From a bacterium (GTDB lineage: Bacteria; Sysuimicrobiota; Sysuimicrobiia; Sysuimicrobiales; Kaftiobacteriaceae): DNA of 64,000 nt. The notes beneath the pieces were generated by a model that was not told the DNA's origin, did no database searches, and saw only the letters and a list, made by a program, of their open reading frames with translations. The stretch lies in assembly GCA_044868695.1 (NCBI GenBank), contig JBIOWP010000105.1, positions 11,346-75,345 of the forward strand, in the 5' to 3' direction. A program made the translations under genes and the position numbers. Shown here in pieces: positions 41,512-49,790 of the stretch; position 1 is the first letter of the stretch; every line of letters begins with the position of its first letter.

Positions 41512-42450
41512 GTGTTCCGTCACCTGCTGGTCCCGCTCGATGGCTCGCGTTTGGCCGAGTCGGCACTCCCGGCCGCGGCCGACCTGGCGCGGCGCCTGGG
41601 TGCATCAGTGACCCTGCTGCACGTCCTGGAGCCGGATGCTCCGCCGGCCGTACACGGCGACCGTCATCTCCGGTCACCGGCAGAGGCGGATGGCTATCTC
41701 GCCGGCGCGGTAGACTGGTTGACCGCCCGTCAGGTTTCCGCGGAGGTCGCCCTCAACCAGCAGCAGGGCGATGTGGCCGCGAGCATCGCCCGGATCGGGA
41801 GCGCCGTGGGGGCCGACTTGATCGCGCTCACGACGCACGGGCGAAGCGGTGTGCGTGGACTCCTGTTTGGCCGTGTGGCGCAGCAGGTACTGCAGCGGGG
41901 GAGGATCCCCGTGCTCTTGATCCGGCCGTCCGCCTCCGGCCGTGACGCCTCGTTTGCATGCCGGCGGATGCTGGTGGCTCTAGACGGCAGCGACACGGCC
42001 GAATACGCCCTTGCACCTGCGGCCGCGCTGGCCGCCGCCTGCGGGGCGGAGATCGTGCTGATGCGGGTTGTGCCGACGGTGGAAACCCTCTCTGGAGATC
42101 AGGCAGCCGCGGCGCGGCTGCTCCCCACAACCGCGGCGGCAGTGCTGGAGGTCGAAGCCTCCGAGGCAGCGAGCTACCTGGAACGTCTCGCCGGCGGAAT
42201 GCGCCGCGAGGGGAGGACGGTGACTACGGTCATCGGCCGGGGGGACCCGGTCCGGGTCCTGGTCGACGCCGCAGAACGCCGCGAGATTGACCTGCTGATC
42301 GTGGCAACGCACGGACGATCCGGCGTCAGCGCCGTTTGGGCCGGTAGTATCGCCTCGCGCCTGGTAGAAACAGGTAGGACACCGGTCCTGCTAATCCGGA
42401 TTCCGCGCGCGGTCGGGTCCACGCCCGATACGATTCATCTACCCGCCTGA
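41512..42450 (+). CDS. Tandem universal stress protein (2 x UspA domain)
   Basis: 312 aa. Two copies of the (L/V)LVPLDGS...THGRSG...GSVA pattern. Confidence 0.85.
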   Translation: MFRHLLVPLDGSRLAESALPAAADLARRLGASVTLLHVLEPDAPPAVHGDRHLRSPAEADGYLAGAVDWLTARQVSAEVALNQQQGDVAASIARIGSAVGADLIALTTHGRSGVRGLLFGRVAQQVLQRGRIPVLLIRPSASGRDASFACRRMLVALDGSDTAEYALAPAAALAAACGAEIVLMRVVPTVETLSGDQAAAARLLPTTAAAVLEVEASEAASYLERLAGGMRREGRTVTTVIGRGDPVRVLVDAAERREIDLLIVATHGRSGVSAVWAGSIASRLVETGRTPVLLIRIPRAVGSTPDTIHLPA

Positions 42451-42593
42451 TGCTGGCCCACAGCTCTGGCAATGGGACCGGTAACAAATAGAAGGAGGAG
42501 CACCGGATCTACCGGAGAGAAGTTCGGGAAGGCACGATGTCCTCCGCAGCGGATCGAGTCCTCCTGTCTCACACTGCGCGAATCCGCGGAAGG

Positions 42594-42614
42594 CGGGCAT
42601 CGGTTCGATGCCCG
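42594..42614. terminator. Perfect 9-bp hairpin (CGGGCATCG-GTT-CGATGCCCG) between convergent usp genes
   Basis: Direct reading. Candidate bidirectional terminator. No strong T-tract. Confidence 0.45.
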
Positions 42615-42648
42615 ATTCGATTGGGGCGGATGGAAGGCCTACGGGGTT

Positions 42649-43122
42649 CTAGGTGTCGCTCTGTCTGACCGTCAGCACGGGGATGCGGCTATGGCGGACG
42701 ACGTACTCTGCGACGCTGCCGAAGAAGATGGCGGCCAGACCTGTGCGGCCATGCGTGCCCATCACGATGAGGTCGGTGCCGCCTTCCTTCGCCACGTCGA
42801 GGATCGTCGTGCGCGGGGTGCCTTCGCGAATCATGGTTTTCGCCTGCGGGTGGCGCGCTGCGAGCTTAGCTATCCCCTCGTGTGCTTCGGCGCGCAGGGC
42901 GTCCACCAGCTGTCCAAACGCGGTCGCCGCAGCCATGCCCGTGGGCAGGCTGGCGGCACCGGCCAGCCCGAGGTCGACCACGTGCAGGATCACGATCTCG
43001 GCGCCGTATGCGTCGCGCAGGCTCACCGCCCACCTCAGCGCCGATTCCGCGCTGGGGGAGAAGTCTGTGGGAGCCAGGATCCGCTTTACCCGCGGAAGAG
43101 TTTCACGCTGTGCTGCACTCAT
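42649..43122 (-). CDS. Universal stress protein
   Basis: ATG at 43122 after GAGGTGAGG. 157 aa with ILAPTDFS...GTHGRTG...GSVAEYV. The longer ORF-track N-terminus (to 43239) is unsupported. Confidence 0.85.
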   Translation of the reverse strand: MSAAQRETLPRVKRILAPTDFSPSAESALRWAVSLRDAYGAEIVILHVVDLGLAGAASLPTGMAAATAFGQLVDALRAEAHEGIAKLAARHPQAKTMIREGTPRTTILDVAKEGGTDLIVMGTHGRTGLAAIFFGSVAEYVVRHSRIPVLTVRQSDT

Positions 43123-43126
43123 TTCC

Positions 43127-44293
43127 TCACCTCGCCTCCGGCGTAGGAACTCTGCGGTTCCGGGTTGCCCGCCACAGGGCCAGCCAGATGGCCCCGAGAC
43201 CCGAGAGGACGGCCAGCAGCCGGAACACCCACCCGACAAATGGAAGTGCGTACAGGATCACCAACGCGGTTATGCCCGCGACGAGAGCCCAGGAGGTGGA
43301 GGTCGTGGCCCCACGGCGGATCGCACCCAAGACGCGTTCCCCCAGCCAGGTGGCGGCGAAGAGCTGTCCGGGATACAGCGTCAGCAACCACAGGAGGGTC
43401 ACCGCCGCTGCGAGGGGGATGCCAACTACAGAGATCAACAGCGCGAGAATGGCGACAGGCGCGGCGACGAGGACCAGGAACCCTGCCAGCAGACTCGCCC
43501 CGAACCGGGCGCGGATCTCGCCGACGACGTTTCTCGGCACCGCCGGCAGCAGCGCGAACCCGACCAGCCCCAATGTGAGCAGCCACACCCATTCCCCCGC
43601 GCGCCAGACCCAGCTGACACGTCCCCGCCACGGCGCGACGCTCCGCGCGCGCGGCCGCGCCATCGAAGGAACACGCTCCACCCCGCCGGAGACCTGGGCT
43701 CCGGCCTGAATCTCCGCCGCCCGATCCCCAGCGTAGCGGAGGCGTCCCGCAATGCGCGCCGTGGGGAGGACCACCAGTTGGTCCGCCTGCACCTCAACGG
43801 ATCCCTGGATGGTGCCTCCGATAACGACGCTGCCCCCGCCGACGTACACGTCCCGTCCAACCGCGCCCCCAATCCTGACGTTGCCGGCCCCAACCACGAG
43901 ATCGCGACCGATCCGGGCGGCCTCGGCAACCGTCACGGTCCCCCCGGCCAGCACCGCGTCGGTGCCTGCCGCGCTGTCGACCCGTACGGTTCCACCGGCC
44001 GCACGGATGCTGCGGCCGACGCGGCCGCCGACTTCGACGTTCCCTCCGGCAGCCAGGACGGCCCCGCTGACTTGGCCGCTGAGGACCACCGTGCCTCCCG
44101 CCGCGGAGACGTCGCCGTCGACGGCACCTGTCACCGTGACCGTGCCTCCCGCGATGTAGAGGTCGTCCTGAATCGTCTCAGAGAATGTGACCGTTTCTCC
44201 GGCCCGCGGGACGAATGCGGAGACGGGCCACGGCAGCGAGAAGAGAAGAACCAGTGCGACGATGCCAGCCTTGCGCATGCGGACGTTCATCAT
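43127..44293 (-). CDS. Bactofilin-like / polymer-forming repeat protein with signal peptide and C-terminal 4-TM domain
   Basis: 388 aa. Signal-like N-terminus, about 200 aa of GG(T/N)V beta-helix-type repeats (AGGTVTVTGAV, AGGNVEVGGRV, GGSVVIGGTI), then hydrophobic helices. Confidence 0.65.
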   Translation of the reverse strand: MMNVRMRKAGIVALVLLFSLPWPVSAFVPRAGETVTFSETIQDDLYIAGGTVTVTGAVDGDVSAAGGTVVLSGQVSGAVLAAGGNVEVGGRVGRSIRAAGGTVRVDSAAGTDAVLAGGTVTVAEAARIGRDLVVGAGNVRIGGAVGRDVYVGGGSVVIGGTIQGSVEVQADQLVVLPTARIAGRLRYAGDRAAEIQAGAQVSGGVERVPSMARPRARSVAPWRGRVSWVWRAGEWVWLLTLGLVGFALLPAVPRNVVGEIRARFGASLLAGFLVLVAAPVAILALLISVVGIPLAAAVTLLWLLTLYPGQLFAATWLGERVLGAIRRGATTSTSWALVAGITALVILYALPFVGWVFRLLAVLSGLGAIWLALWRATRNRRVPTPEAR

Positions 44294-44298
44294 TTAGA

Positions 44299-45180
44299 TC
44301 ATCCTCTCGCGGCGATTCGAAACCACGTGTGGCGGCGGCCGCGGACCGCTATGGATAGCGCCTGGATGTTCTCGGGAACGGCGACGCCCGCGTACCCCGC
44401 GTCGCCGATGTGGTGCACGTCGGCTCCGGCCTGCTTGCTCCACAACGCGATCTGCTCGACCACCCGCTTACTCGCGCCTTCCTGCGACGTCCCAATGGCC
44501 GACACCACGAGCAGGCCGATCCCGTGCGCCGTTTCCGACAGCGCGGCCGCCACGTCGACCGTCATGCCAGGGACGGTGCCCGGTGCAGGGATCAACACCC
44601 CGTGCACGCCTCCGCCGGCGAGTGCCGTCAGGTCCTCTGTCGAAAGGGGCGGCTCCGCCACGCCCGCGGCGTGCATCTTTCCGGCAAAGACCAGGACATC
44701 GTCCGCGGTGGCCCGAGCGACGTCCAGCGCCCGCGCCACTAGGGTCGCCTGCTGCGCCCCGGTGTGCGGATTCGCGGTGACGACGATGAACCGCGCCCCC
44801 AAATCCCTCGCACGTTTCGCGTTATCCGCCGTAGCCAGCCGCCCCTGCGCGACCGTGGATGGAGCCGCGTCAAGAGGTTCCAGGTTGCAGCCGACCGGCC
44901 GGCCGAGTACCCTCGCCAGGTCCTCCAGCGTCCCCGGCGCGCCGCTCACCGCCGGCGCGTTGACATCGTACATGTTCAGCAGGAGCAGATCCGCCCCAGC
45001 GCCGGCGGCCAGGGCTGCGTTGGAGAGACCCGGGATGAGCGGTGACGCGCCGGCGATCACCTCAGCCATCACCGTCCGCCCCTCGCTGCTCCGGATGCTG
45101 TCGAGGAGCCCGCGGCTGCGCAGTTGGGCCAGTTGCTCCGGTGTCGCGTCAAGCAGGCGCCTCAGGGGCGGTCCACCCAT
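44299..45180 (-). CDS. Hypothetical alpha/beta (TIM-barrel-like?) protein co-transcribed with the PTS genes
   Basis: 293 aa. Alternating hydrophobic-strand and helix pattern. Possibly a BtpA/SgcQ-like or PEP-hydrolase-like barrel, but no motif could be verified by eye. Confidence 0.5.
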   Translation of the reverse strand: MGGPPLRRLLDATPEQLAQLRSRGLLDSIRSSEGRTVMAEVIAGASPLIPGLSNAALAAGAGADLLLLNMYDVNAPAVSGAPGTLEDLARVLGRPVGCNLEPLDAAPSTVAQGRLATADNAKRARDLGARFIVVTANPHTGAQQATLVARALDVARATADDVLVFAGKMHAAGVAEPPLSTEDLTALAGGGVHGVLIPAPGTVPGMTVDVAAALSETAHGIGLLVVSAIGTSQEGASKRVVEQIALWSKQAGADVHHIGDAGYAGVAVPENIQALSIAVRGRRHTWFRIAARG

Positions 45181-45629
45181 CCCAGTACCTCGCCGGCCTG
45201 CACTCGTGATGCTTCGACGAACGTCAACCCTGCGCCCTTCGGAACAGCAGGAACGACGATTGGCGAGATGAGGCGGTACCCTTCGCGCCGGATGACCTCG
45301 CGGTCAAACCGGATGACGATCTCGCCGGCCGACACCTGGTCCCCGCGCGTGCGCACGATCGAAAACCCGCGTCCCTTGAGACGGACAGTATCGAGCCCAA
45401 GATGGACCAGGATCTCCAGGCCGTCGCTCGTCTGCACGGCGAAGGCATGCCCCGCGCTGTGCAGGACGGCGAGCACCCCATCGACCGGCGCCACTGCCGT
45501 GTCACCGTCGGGCTCGATCGCGACCCCGGGTCCCATCATCCCGCCGCTGAACACGGGATCCGGGACGGCGGTGAGCGAGAGTAGCTGCCCGGACAGCGGG
45601 GCGAGGATCGGGCGCCGGCCGGCGGTCAC
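45162..45629 (-). CDS. PTS glucose-family EIIA component
   Basis: 155 aa. ILAPLSGQLLSLTAVPDPVFS and the two-His region (HAFAV...VHLGLDTV) of EIIA-Glc. Confidence 0.85.
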   Translation of the reverse strand: MTAGRRPILAPLSGQLLSLTAVPDPVFSGGMMGPGVAIEPDGDTAVAPVDGVLAVLHSAGHAFAVQTSDGLEILVHLGLDTVRLKGRGFSIVRTRGDQVSAGEIVIRFDREVIRREGYRLISPIVVPAVPKGAGLTFVEASRVQAGEVLGWVDRP

Positions 45630-45868
45630 GCGGGCTTCAGGATCTTGTGAATCTCCTGCGCGATCAACTCGGCGTGCGTTCCGACGACGACCTGGATACC
45701 GGTCCCGATCTTCAAGACGCCGATGGCGCCGGCAGCCCGCAGGCGGGGCTCATTCACTTTCGCGGGATCCACCACGGTGACGCGAAGCCGCGTCACGCAC
45801 CCGTCCAATTCTTTAATATTCTGCGGGCCGCCGAGCGCCTCGATGATCAGCTGCGCCTTCTGCTGCAC
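45626..45868 (-). CDS. PTS glucose-family EIIB component (stand-alone)
   Basis: 80 aa. Active-site NIKELDGCVTRLRV. Confidence 0.85.
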   Translation of the reverse strand: MQQKAQLIIEALGGPQNIKELDGCVTRLRVTVVDPAKVNEPRLRAAGAIGVLKIGTGIQVVVGTHAELIAQEIHKILKPA

Positions 45869-45886
45869 GCCGCCCCTCCTGCCGGA

Positions 45887-47011
45887 TCAGCGGCCTTCGG
45901 TCATGGGTTCGCGTCCGGGCGTCGGCAGGTTCTGCCGGACGATGAGCCACCGGAACAGGAAGTAGTACACCGCGCCAAAGACCGCTCCGACGGGAATCAG
46001 CAGCAACGGCTTTGTGGCAATGCCGTAGTTGAGGAGGTAATCGATGAAACCGGCCGAGAAGCCGAACCCGTGCCGGATTCCCATCGCCACCGTTACATAC
46101 GCGGACACGCCGGCCAGCACCGCGTGCAGCACGTACAGCACAGGCGCCAGGAACATGAAGGCGAACTCCACCGGCTCGGTGATGCCGGTGACAAATGAGG
46201 TCAGGGCGGCGCTCCACAGGACGCCGGCGGCCACTTTGCGGCCGGGGCCTTTGGCCGTTTGCCACATCGCCAGACAGACCGCGGGAAGCCCAAACATCAT
46301 GACCGGATAGAACCCCGTCATGAAGATGCCGGCCGATTTGTCGCCGGCAAAGAAGCGATTGAGATCGCCCAGGACCTCCTTGCCGGTGCTGGGATCGACG
46401 AAGGCCGTGGGGCCGGACAGCTGGAACCACACCAGCGCGTTGATCACGTGATGCAGGCCAAACGGGATGAGCAGCCGGTTGAGAAACGCGTGGACGGCCG
46501 CGCCCATCGGCCCTGCGCCCACCGCCCACCGTCCGGCGGCTCCAATGACCCCCTGAATGGGAGGCCAGATGAAGCCGAAGACCAGACCGAAGGCCACCGC
46601 CACGAACGCGGTCACGATGGGGACAAACCGGCGGCCGCCGAAGAACGCCAGCCACTCCGGCAGGACGATCGAGTGGTATCTCCCGTACAGGTAGGCGGCC
46701 GTCAGGCCCATGAGAATGCCAGACAGCACGCCCATGTTGATGTCCTTGTTGATGTCGGCCAGGACGGCGGTCATGACCCAGTAGCCCACGGCACCGGCCA
46801 TGCCGGCCACCCCGATATCACCGGTGAATCCGATTGCCACGCCGATGGCGAAGAGCAATGGAAGATTGCCGAAGATTGCGCCACCGGCGTCGGCCAGCCA
46901 CTTGACGTTGAGCAGGTCAGGCTGGCCAAACCGCAGGAGGATGGCCGCGGCGGGCATGACCGCGATGGGCACCATCAGCGAGCGTCCGATCTTTTGAAGC
47001 GTGGCGAACAT
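45887..47011 (-). CDS. PTS glucose/N-acetylglucosamine-family EIIC permease (not fused to EIIB)
   Basis: 374 aa, about 10 TM. GITEPVEFAF motif of the EIIC-Glc family. Confidence 0.85.
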   Translation of the reverse strand: MFATLQKIGRSLMVPIAVMPAAAILLRFGQPDLLNVKWLADAGGAIFGNLPLLFAIGVAIGFTGDIGVAGMAGAVGYWVMTAVLADINKDINMGVLSGILMGLTAAYLYGRYHSIVLPEWLAFFGGRRFVPIVTAFVAVAFGLVFGFIWPPIQGVIGAAGRWAVGAGPMGAAVHAFLNRLLIPFGLHHVINALVWFQLSGPTAFVDPSTGKEVLGDLNRFFAGDKSAGIFMTGFYPVMMFGLPAVCLAMWQTAKGPGRKVAAGVLWSAALTSFVTGITEPVEFAFMFLAPVLYVLHAVLAGVSAYVTVAMGIRHGFGFSAGFIDYLLNYGIATKPLLLIPVGAVFGAVYYFLFRWLIVRQNLPTPGREPMTEGR

Positions 47012-47063
47012 CGCATCGCCTCCTCATGAAGGAGTATCATCTCCCAACCTCTTCGCGCGGTCC

Positions 47064-48347
47064 TCACCTCCTTCCGGGATATGGAATGATCTGGGGCCGG
47101 CGGACGAGCTGCGCGAGCGTTGCACGCGCCGCCGCCGCGGTCAACGGCAAGAGGAGCGGATCGAGGGGCCGGGACAGCCGCATGATGAACGGCAGGTCGT
47201 TCAGCAGCGCGCGAAGCCGCACCGGGGCTCCACGGAGGCGGGCGACGCGGGAGAAGCCACGGTATGGCGCGCCGGCATCGTCTCCGATGAATACCAGCGC
47301 CGCCTGGTCGCTGCCGGCCCGCTGCTCCTGCTGCGTGCGCCCCACGACTAAGGTCGTTTCCCTGGCGCCCGCAAAACCCCCTGCACGCTCGATTACCTGC
47401 AATGCGACGGTTAGAATTCCTGCACTACCTGCGGGGGTCGCTCCATCGCCAACGACCACCCGTATGCTCCCCGGCGGCGTCATCCCGTCAGGGCGGTCGG
47501 GAGGGAGGGTGAATCCGGTACCGCGCCGCCGCACTGCCTCCAGCGTCATGGTGCCCTGAAAGCTCAGCGCGTCGACGGCCGCCGGCCCCTGGCCGCGGCG
47601 TGCGCCCGCGTGCAGATACAGGAGCTGTTCTGAAGGAACCCCCACGGCCTCGGCCGCGGCGCGATCCACTGCGAAGACGTTCGCTCCGGCAAAGATCACT
47701 CCCATAGGTTTCGGACGACAGGTCAGCTCATTGCCATCATGGCCGGCCTCGATTGCATCCACCAGGATGAGATGGGGTGGGGCGACTTCCATCACGTCTG
47801 CGACGCGTTCGGCGCTCCTTTCAGCCGTGTCTGCGCGTTGTTGCTCGGGGAGCACGGACAGCAGCGTCCGGCCGCCGAGGTTGAGCCGCGGGAACACGGC
47901 CGGCTTCAGGCGGGTGACCACGATCCGGACGGCGGCGTCGAGATACGCGACGGGGAGATGCAGTGTGGCGCCGGATGACGGCACTGTCACCGCATAATAG
48001 TTCGTGTCCTCGAGAGGGAGTAGCCGCGCGCCCGACCTTGCCACCGCCCCATATCCCGCCCGCCGCAGCGTGAAGCGGGTCGGAAAGCCGGGCAGGCTGC
48101 GTGCGGCCACGGTCAGCTCTCGAGAAGGAAGCGTCGCGAGGAGACCCTGGAGGAAACGCGGATCGACGCTGGCGAGCGGCGCGAGGCGGGAGTCAGCGAA
48201 GGGCGCGTCCACCAAGACGCAGACCGCGTTTGCCGCGCGTCCGATCGAATCGCGGACGACGGGCTGCAACACGGCGGCGATCCGCTGCACGTCATAGGTG
48301 TCACAGGCCGCGATCCAGACCGGCTGCACGCCCAACTGCTTCGACAT
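47064..48347 (-). CDS. DUF362-domain protein
   Basis: 427 aa. LILVDAIEAGHDGNE and VIFAGANVFAVDRAAAEAVGV resemble DUF362 signature regions (recalled). Confidence 0.6.
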   Translation of the reverse strand: MSKQLGVQPVWIAACDTYDVQRIAAVLQPVVRDSIGRAANAVCVLVDAPFADSRLAPLASVDPRFLQGLLATLPSRELTVAARSLPGFPTRFTLRRAGYGAVARSGARLLPLEDTNYYAVTVPSSGATLHLPVAYLDAAVRIVVTRLKPAVFPRLNLGGRTLLSVLPEQQRADTAERSAERVADVMEVAPPHLILVDAIEAGHDGNELTCRPKPMGVIFAGANVFAVDRAAAEAVGVPSEQLLYLHAGARRGQGPAAVDALSFQGTMTLEAVRRRGTGFTLPPDRPDGMTPPGSIRVVVGDGATPAGSAGILTVALQVIERAGGFAGARETTLVVGRTQQEQRAGSDQAALVFIGDDAGAPYRGFSRVARLRGAPVRLRALLNDLPFIMRLSRPLDPLLLPLTAAAARATLAQLVRRPQIIPYPGRR

Positions 48348-48533
48348 CGCGACCTACGTGCCCGCTGAGCGGTCTGGAGGACCTCCAGCAACGGGCACAG
48401 CAGCCGGTTGGCAAGCTGGATTCAGTATGTCAGGCGGCCAACCGACGCGGGAATTCCGGTCTAGAACCGATGGTTGACCCTGGTAAGGGGGCGTATCTTG
48501 GGAATCGAAGGGGTTCACAATGGGAGGAAACCG

Positions 48534-49004
48534 ATGAGAGACCAGACGACGCGACGGGTGTTGGTGGCAACTGATCTTTCCGACCAATCACCCGCGCTGA
48601 TAGCCGCGGGAGCGGATGCCGCCCAGAAACTTGGCGCGGAGGTGATTGTTCTGCACGTGTTCGATCCGGAAACCTACGAGAGGATTTTCGGTGAGACCGG
48701 AATGCCGGTTGACCAGTACACCGGCTACCTTCGGGCAGAGCTGCAGGATCAGCTCAAGGCCGCAGGGGTGGGAACCGCGCGGCTGGAGATCATCGAGGGC
48801 CGCTCTATCGCATTGGCCATCCTCTCCACCGCAGCCCGCATGCGTGCCGACCTCATTGTGATCGGGATGCGCAGGGGGAAGGGGCTGGGCCGGACGCTGG
48901 GAGGCGGGATAGCCGAGGAGGTGCTCCGCCGCGCCCGCACGGGCGTCCTCGTCATGCCCCGAGCCGCGCTGGACGTGATGGAGCCGGTCGCGGTGGCGTC
49001 CTGA
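48534..49004 (+). CDS. Universal stress protein
   Basis: ATG 48534 after GGGAGGAAA. VLVATDLS...IVIGMRRGKG...GGIAEEVL. Confidence 0.85.
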   Translation: MRDQTTRRVLVATDLSDQSPALIAAGADAAQKLGAEVIVLHVFDPETYERIFGETGMPVDQYTGYLRAELQDQLKAAGVGTARLEIIEGRSIALAILSTAARMRADLIVIGMRRGKGLGRTLGGGIAEEVLRRARTGVLVMPRAALDVMEPVAVAS

Positions 49005-49053
49005 GAGGGAAGCGGGTGCTGGGAGCTGACGTTGTTAAGGGTGGGAGGGGTCA

Positions 49054-49722
49054 GTGAGGATAACAGAGCTGGCAGGACATCTTGAGCATGCTGTGTTGAG
49101 CCCGCAGGCGAGTGTGACCGATGTCGAAGAAGGGGCGCGCATCGCGCTGCGCTGGGGGGTCCGGGCGCTGGTGGTCAAACCCTGTCATCTGCAGGTGGCC
49201 GTACGCCTGCTGGCCGGCAGCGGCGTGAAGGTCGTGACGGTCATCGGATTCCCTCATGGAGGGCAAACGACGGAGACCAAGGTGCTTGAGACGCGGCAGG
49301 CCGTTGCGGGGGGCGCGGAGGAAGTCGACATGGTGATCAACCTCGGCGCGCTGCGGCAGGGACAGACGGCGGCGGTGTTCTATGAGATCCGGGCCGTTGT
49401 GGAAGCTGCGGCCGGACGGCCGGTCAAAGTGATTCTTGAGAACGCCTACCTCACCGACACGCAGAAGCGGCTGGCCTGCCGGCTCGCGGCACACGCCGGC
49501 GCTGCCTACGTGAAGACGAGCACCGGATTTGCACCCCGCGGGGCGACGGCGGCGGACGTCGCGCTCATGCGGCGCACCGGTCGCCGCGCGGTGGGCGTGA
49601 AAGCAGCTGGCGGCATCCGGACGTACGCGGACGCCATCGCGCTGCTTCAGGCCGGCGCCGACCTGCTGGGTACCAGCGCCACCGACGCGATCCTCAGTGA
49701 GGCCGTTGGTGAGGCCGCCTGA
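49054..49722 (+). CDS. deoC: Deoxyribose-phosphate aldolase
   Basis: 222 aa. Schiff-base lysine context (AYVKTSTGF) and a GIRT-like loop (GGIRT). GTG start after GGTGGGAGGGG. Confidence 0.85.
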   Translation: MRITELAGHLEHAVLSPQASVTDVEEGARIALRWGVRALVVKPCHLQVAVRLLAGSGVKVVTVIGFPHGGQTTETKVLETRQAVAGGAEEVDMVINLGALRQGQTAAVFYEIRAVVEAAAGRPVKVILENAYLTDTQKRLACRLAAHAGAAYVKTSTGFAPRGATAADVALMRRTGRRAVGVKAAGGIRTYADAIALLQAGADLLGTSATDAILSEAVGEAA

Positions 49723-49735
49723 TAACTGAAACTGC

Positions 49736-49770
49736 GGGACCAGGGATCGGGGACCCGGGACCAGAGACCG
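49736..49770. repeat. Solo arm of the heptamer element (GGGACCAGGGATCGGGGACCCGGGACCAGAGACCG)
   Basis: No complementary arm within 150 nt. Lies between the deoC stop and the RBS of the baeRF-like gene. Confidence 0.6.
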
Positions 49771-49790
49771 CACAACGGCCGAGGAGGCGC

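Noticed and set aside
42653-45271. 872-aa plus-strand ORF, and similar long antisense ORFs (20712-22115 minus, 12313-13407 minus, 1527-2429 minus, 34309-35571 plus, 35866-37008 plus)
   Set aside because: They lie antisense to well-supported genes and are low-complexity Arg/Pro/Gly-rich. They are open only because stop codons are rare in GC-rich DNA. No motifs, no RBS.
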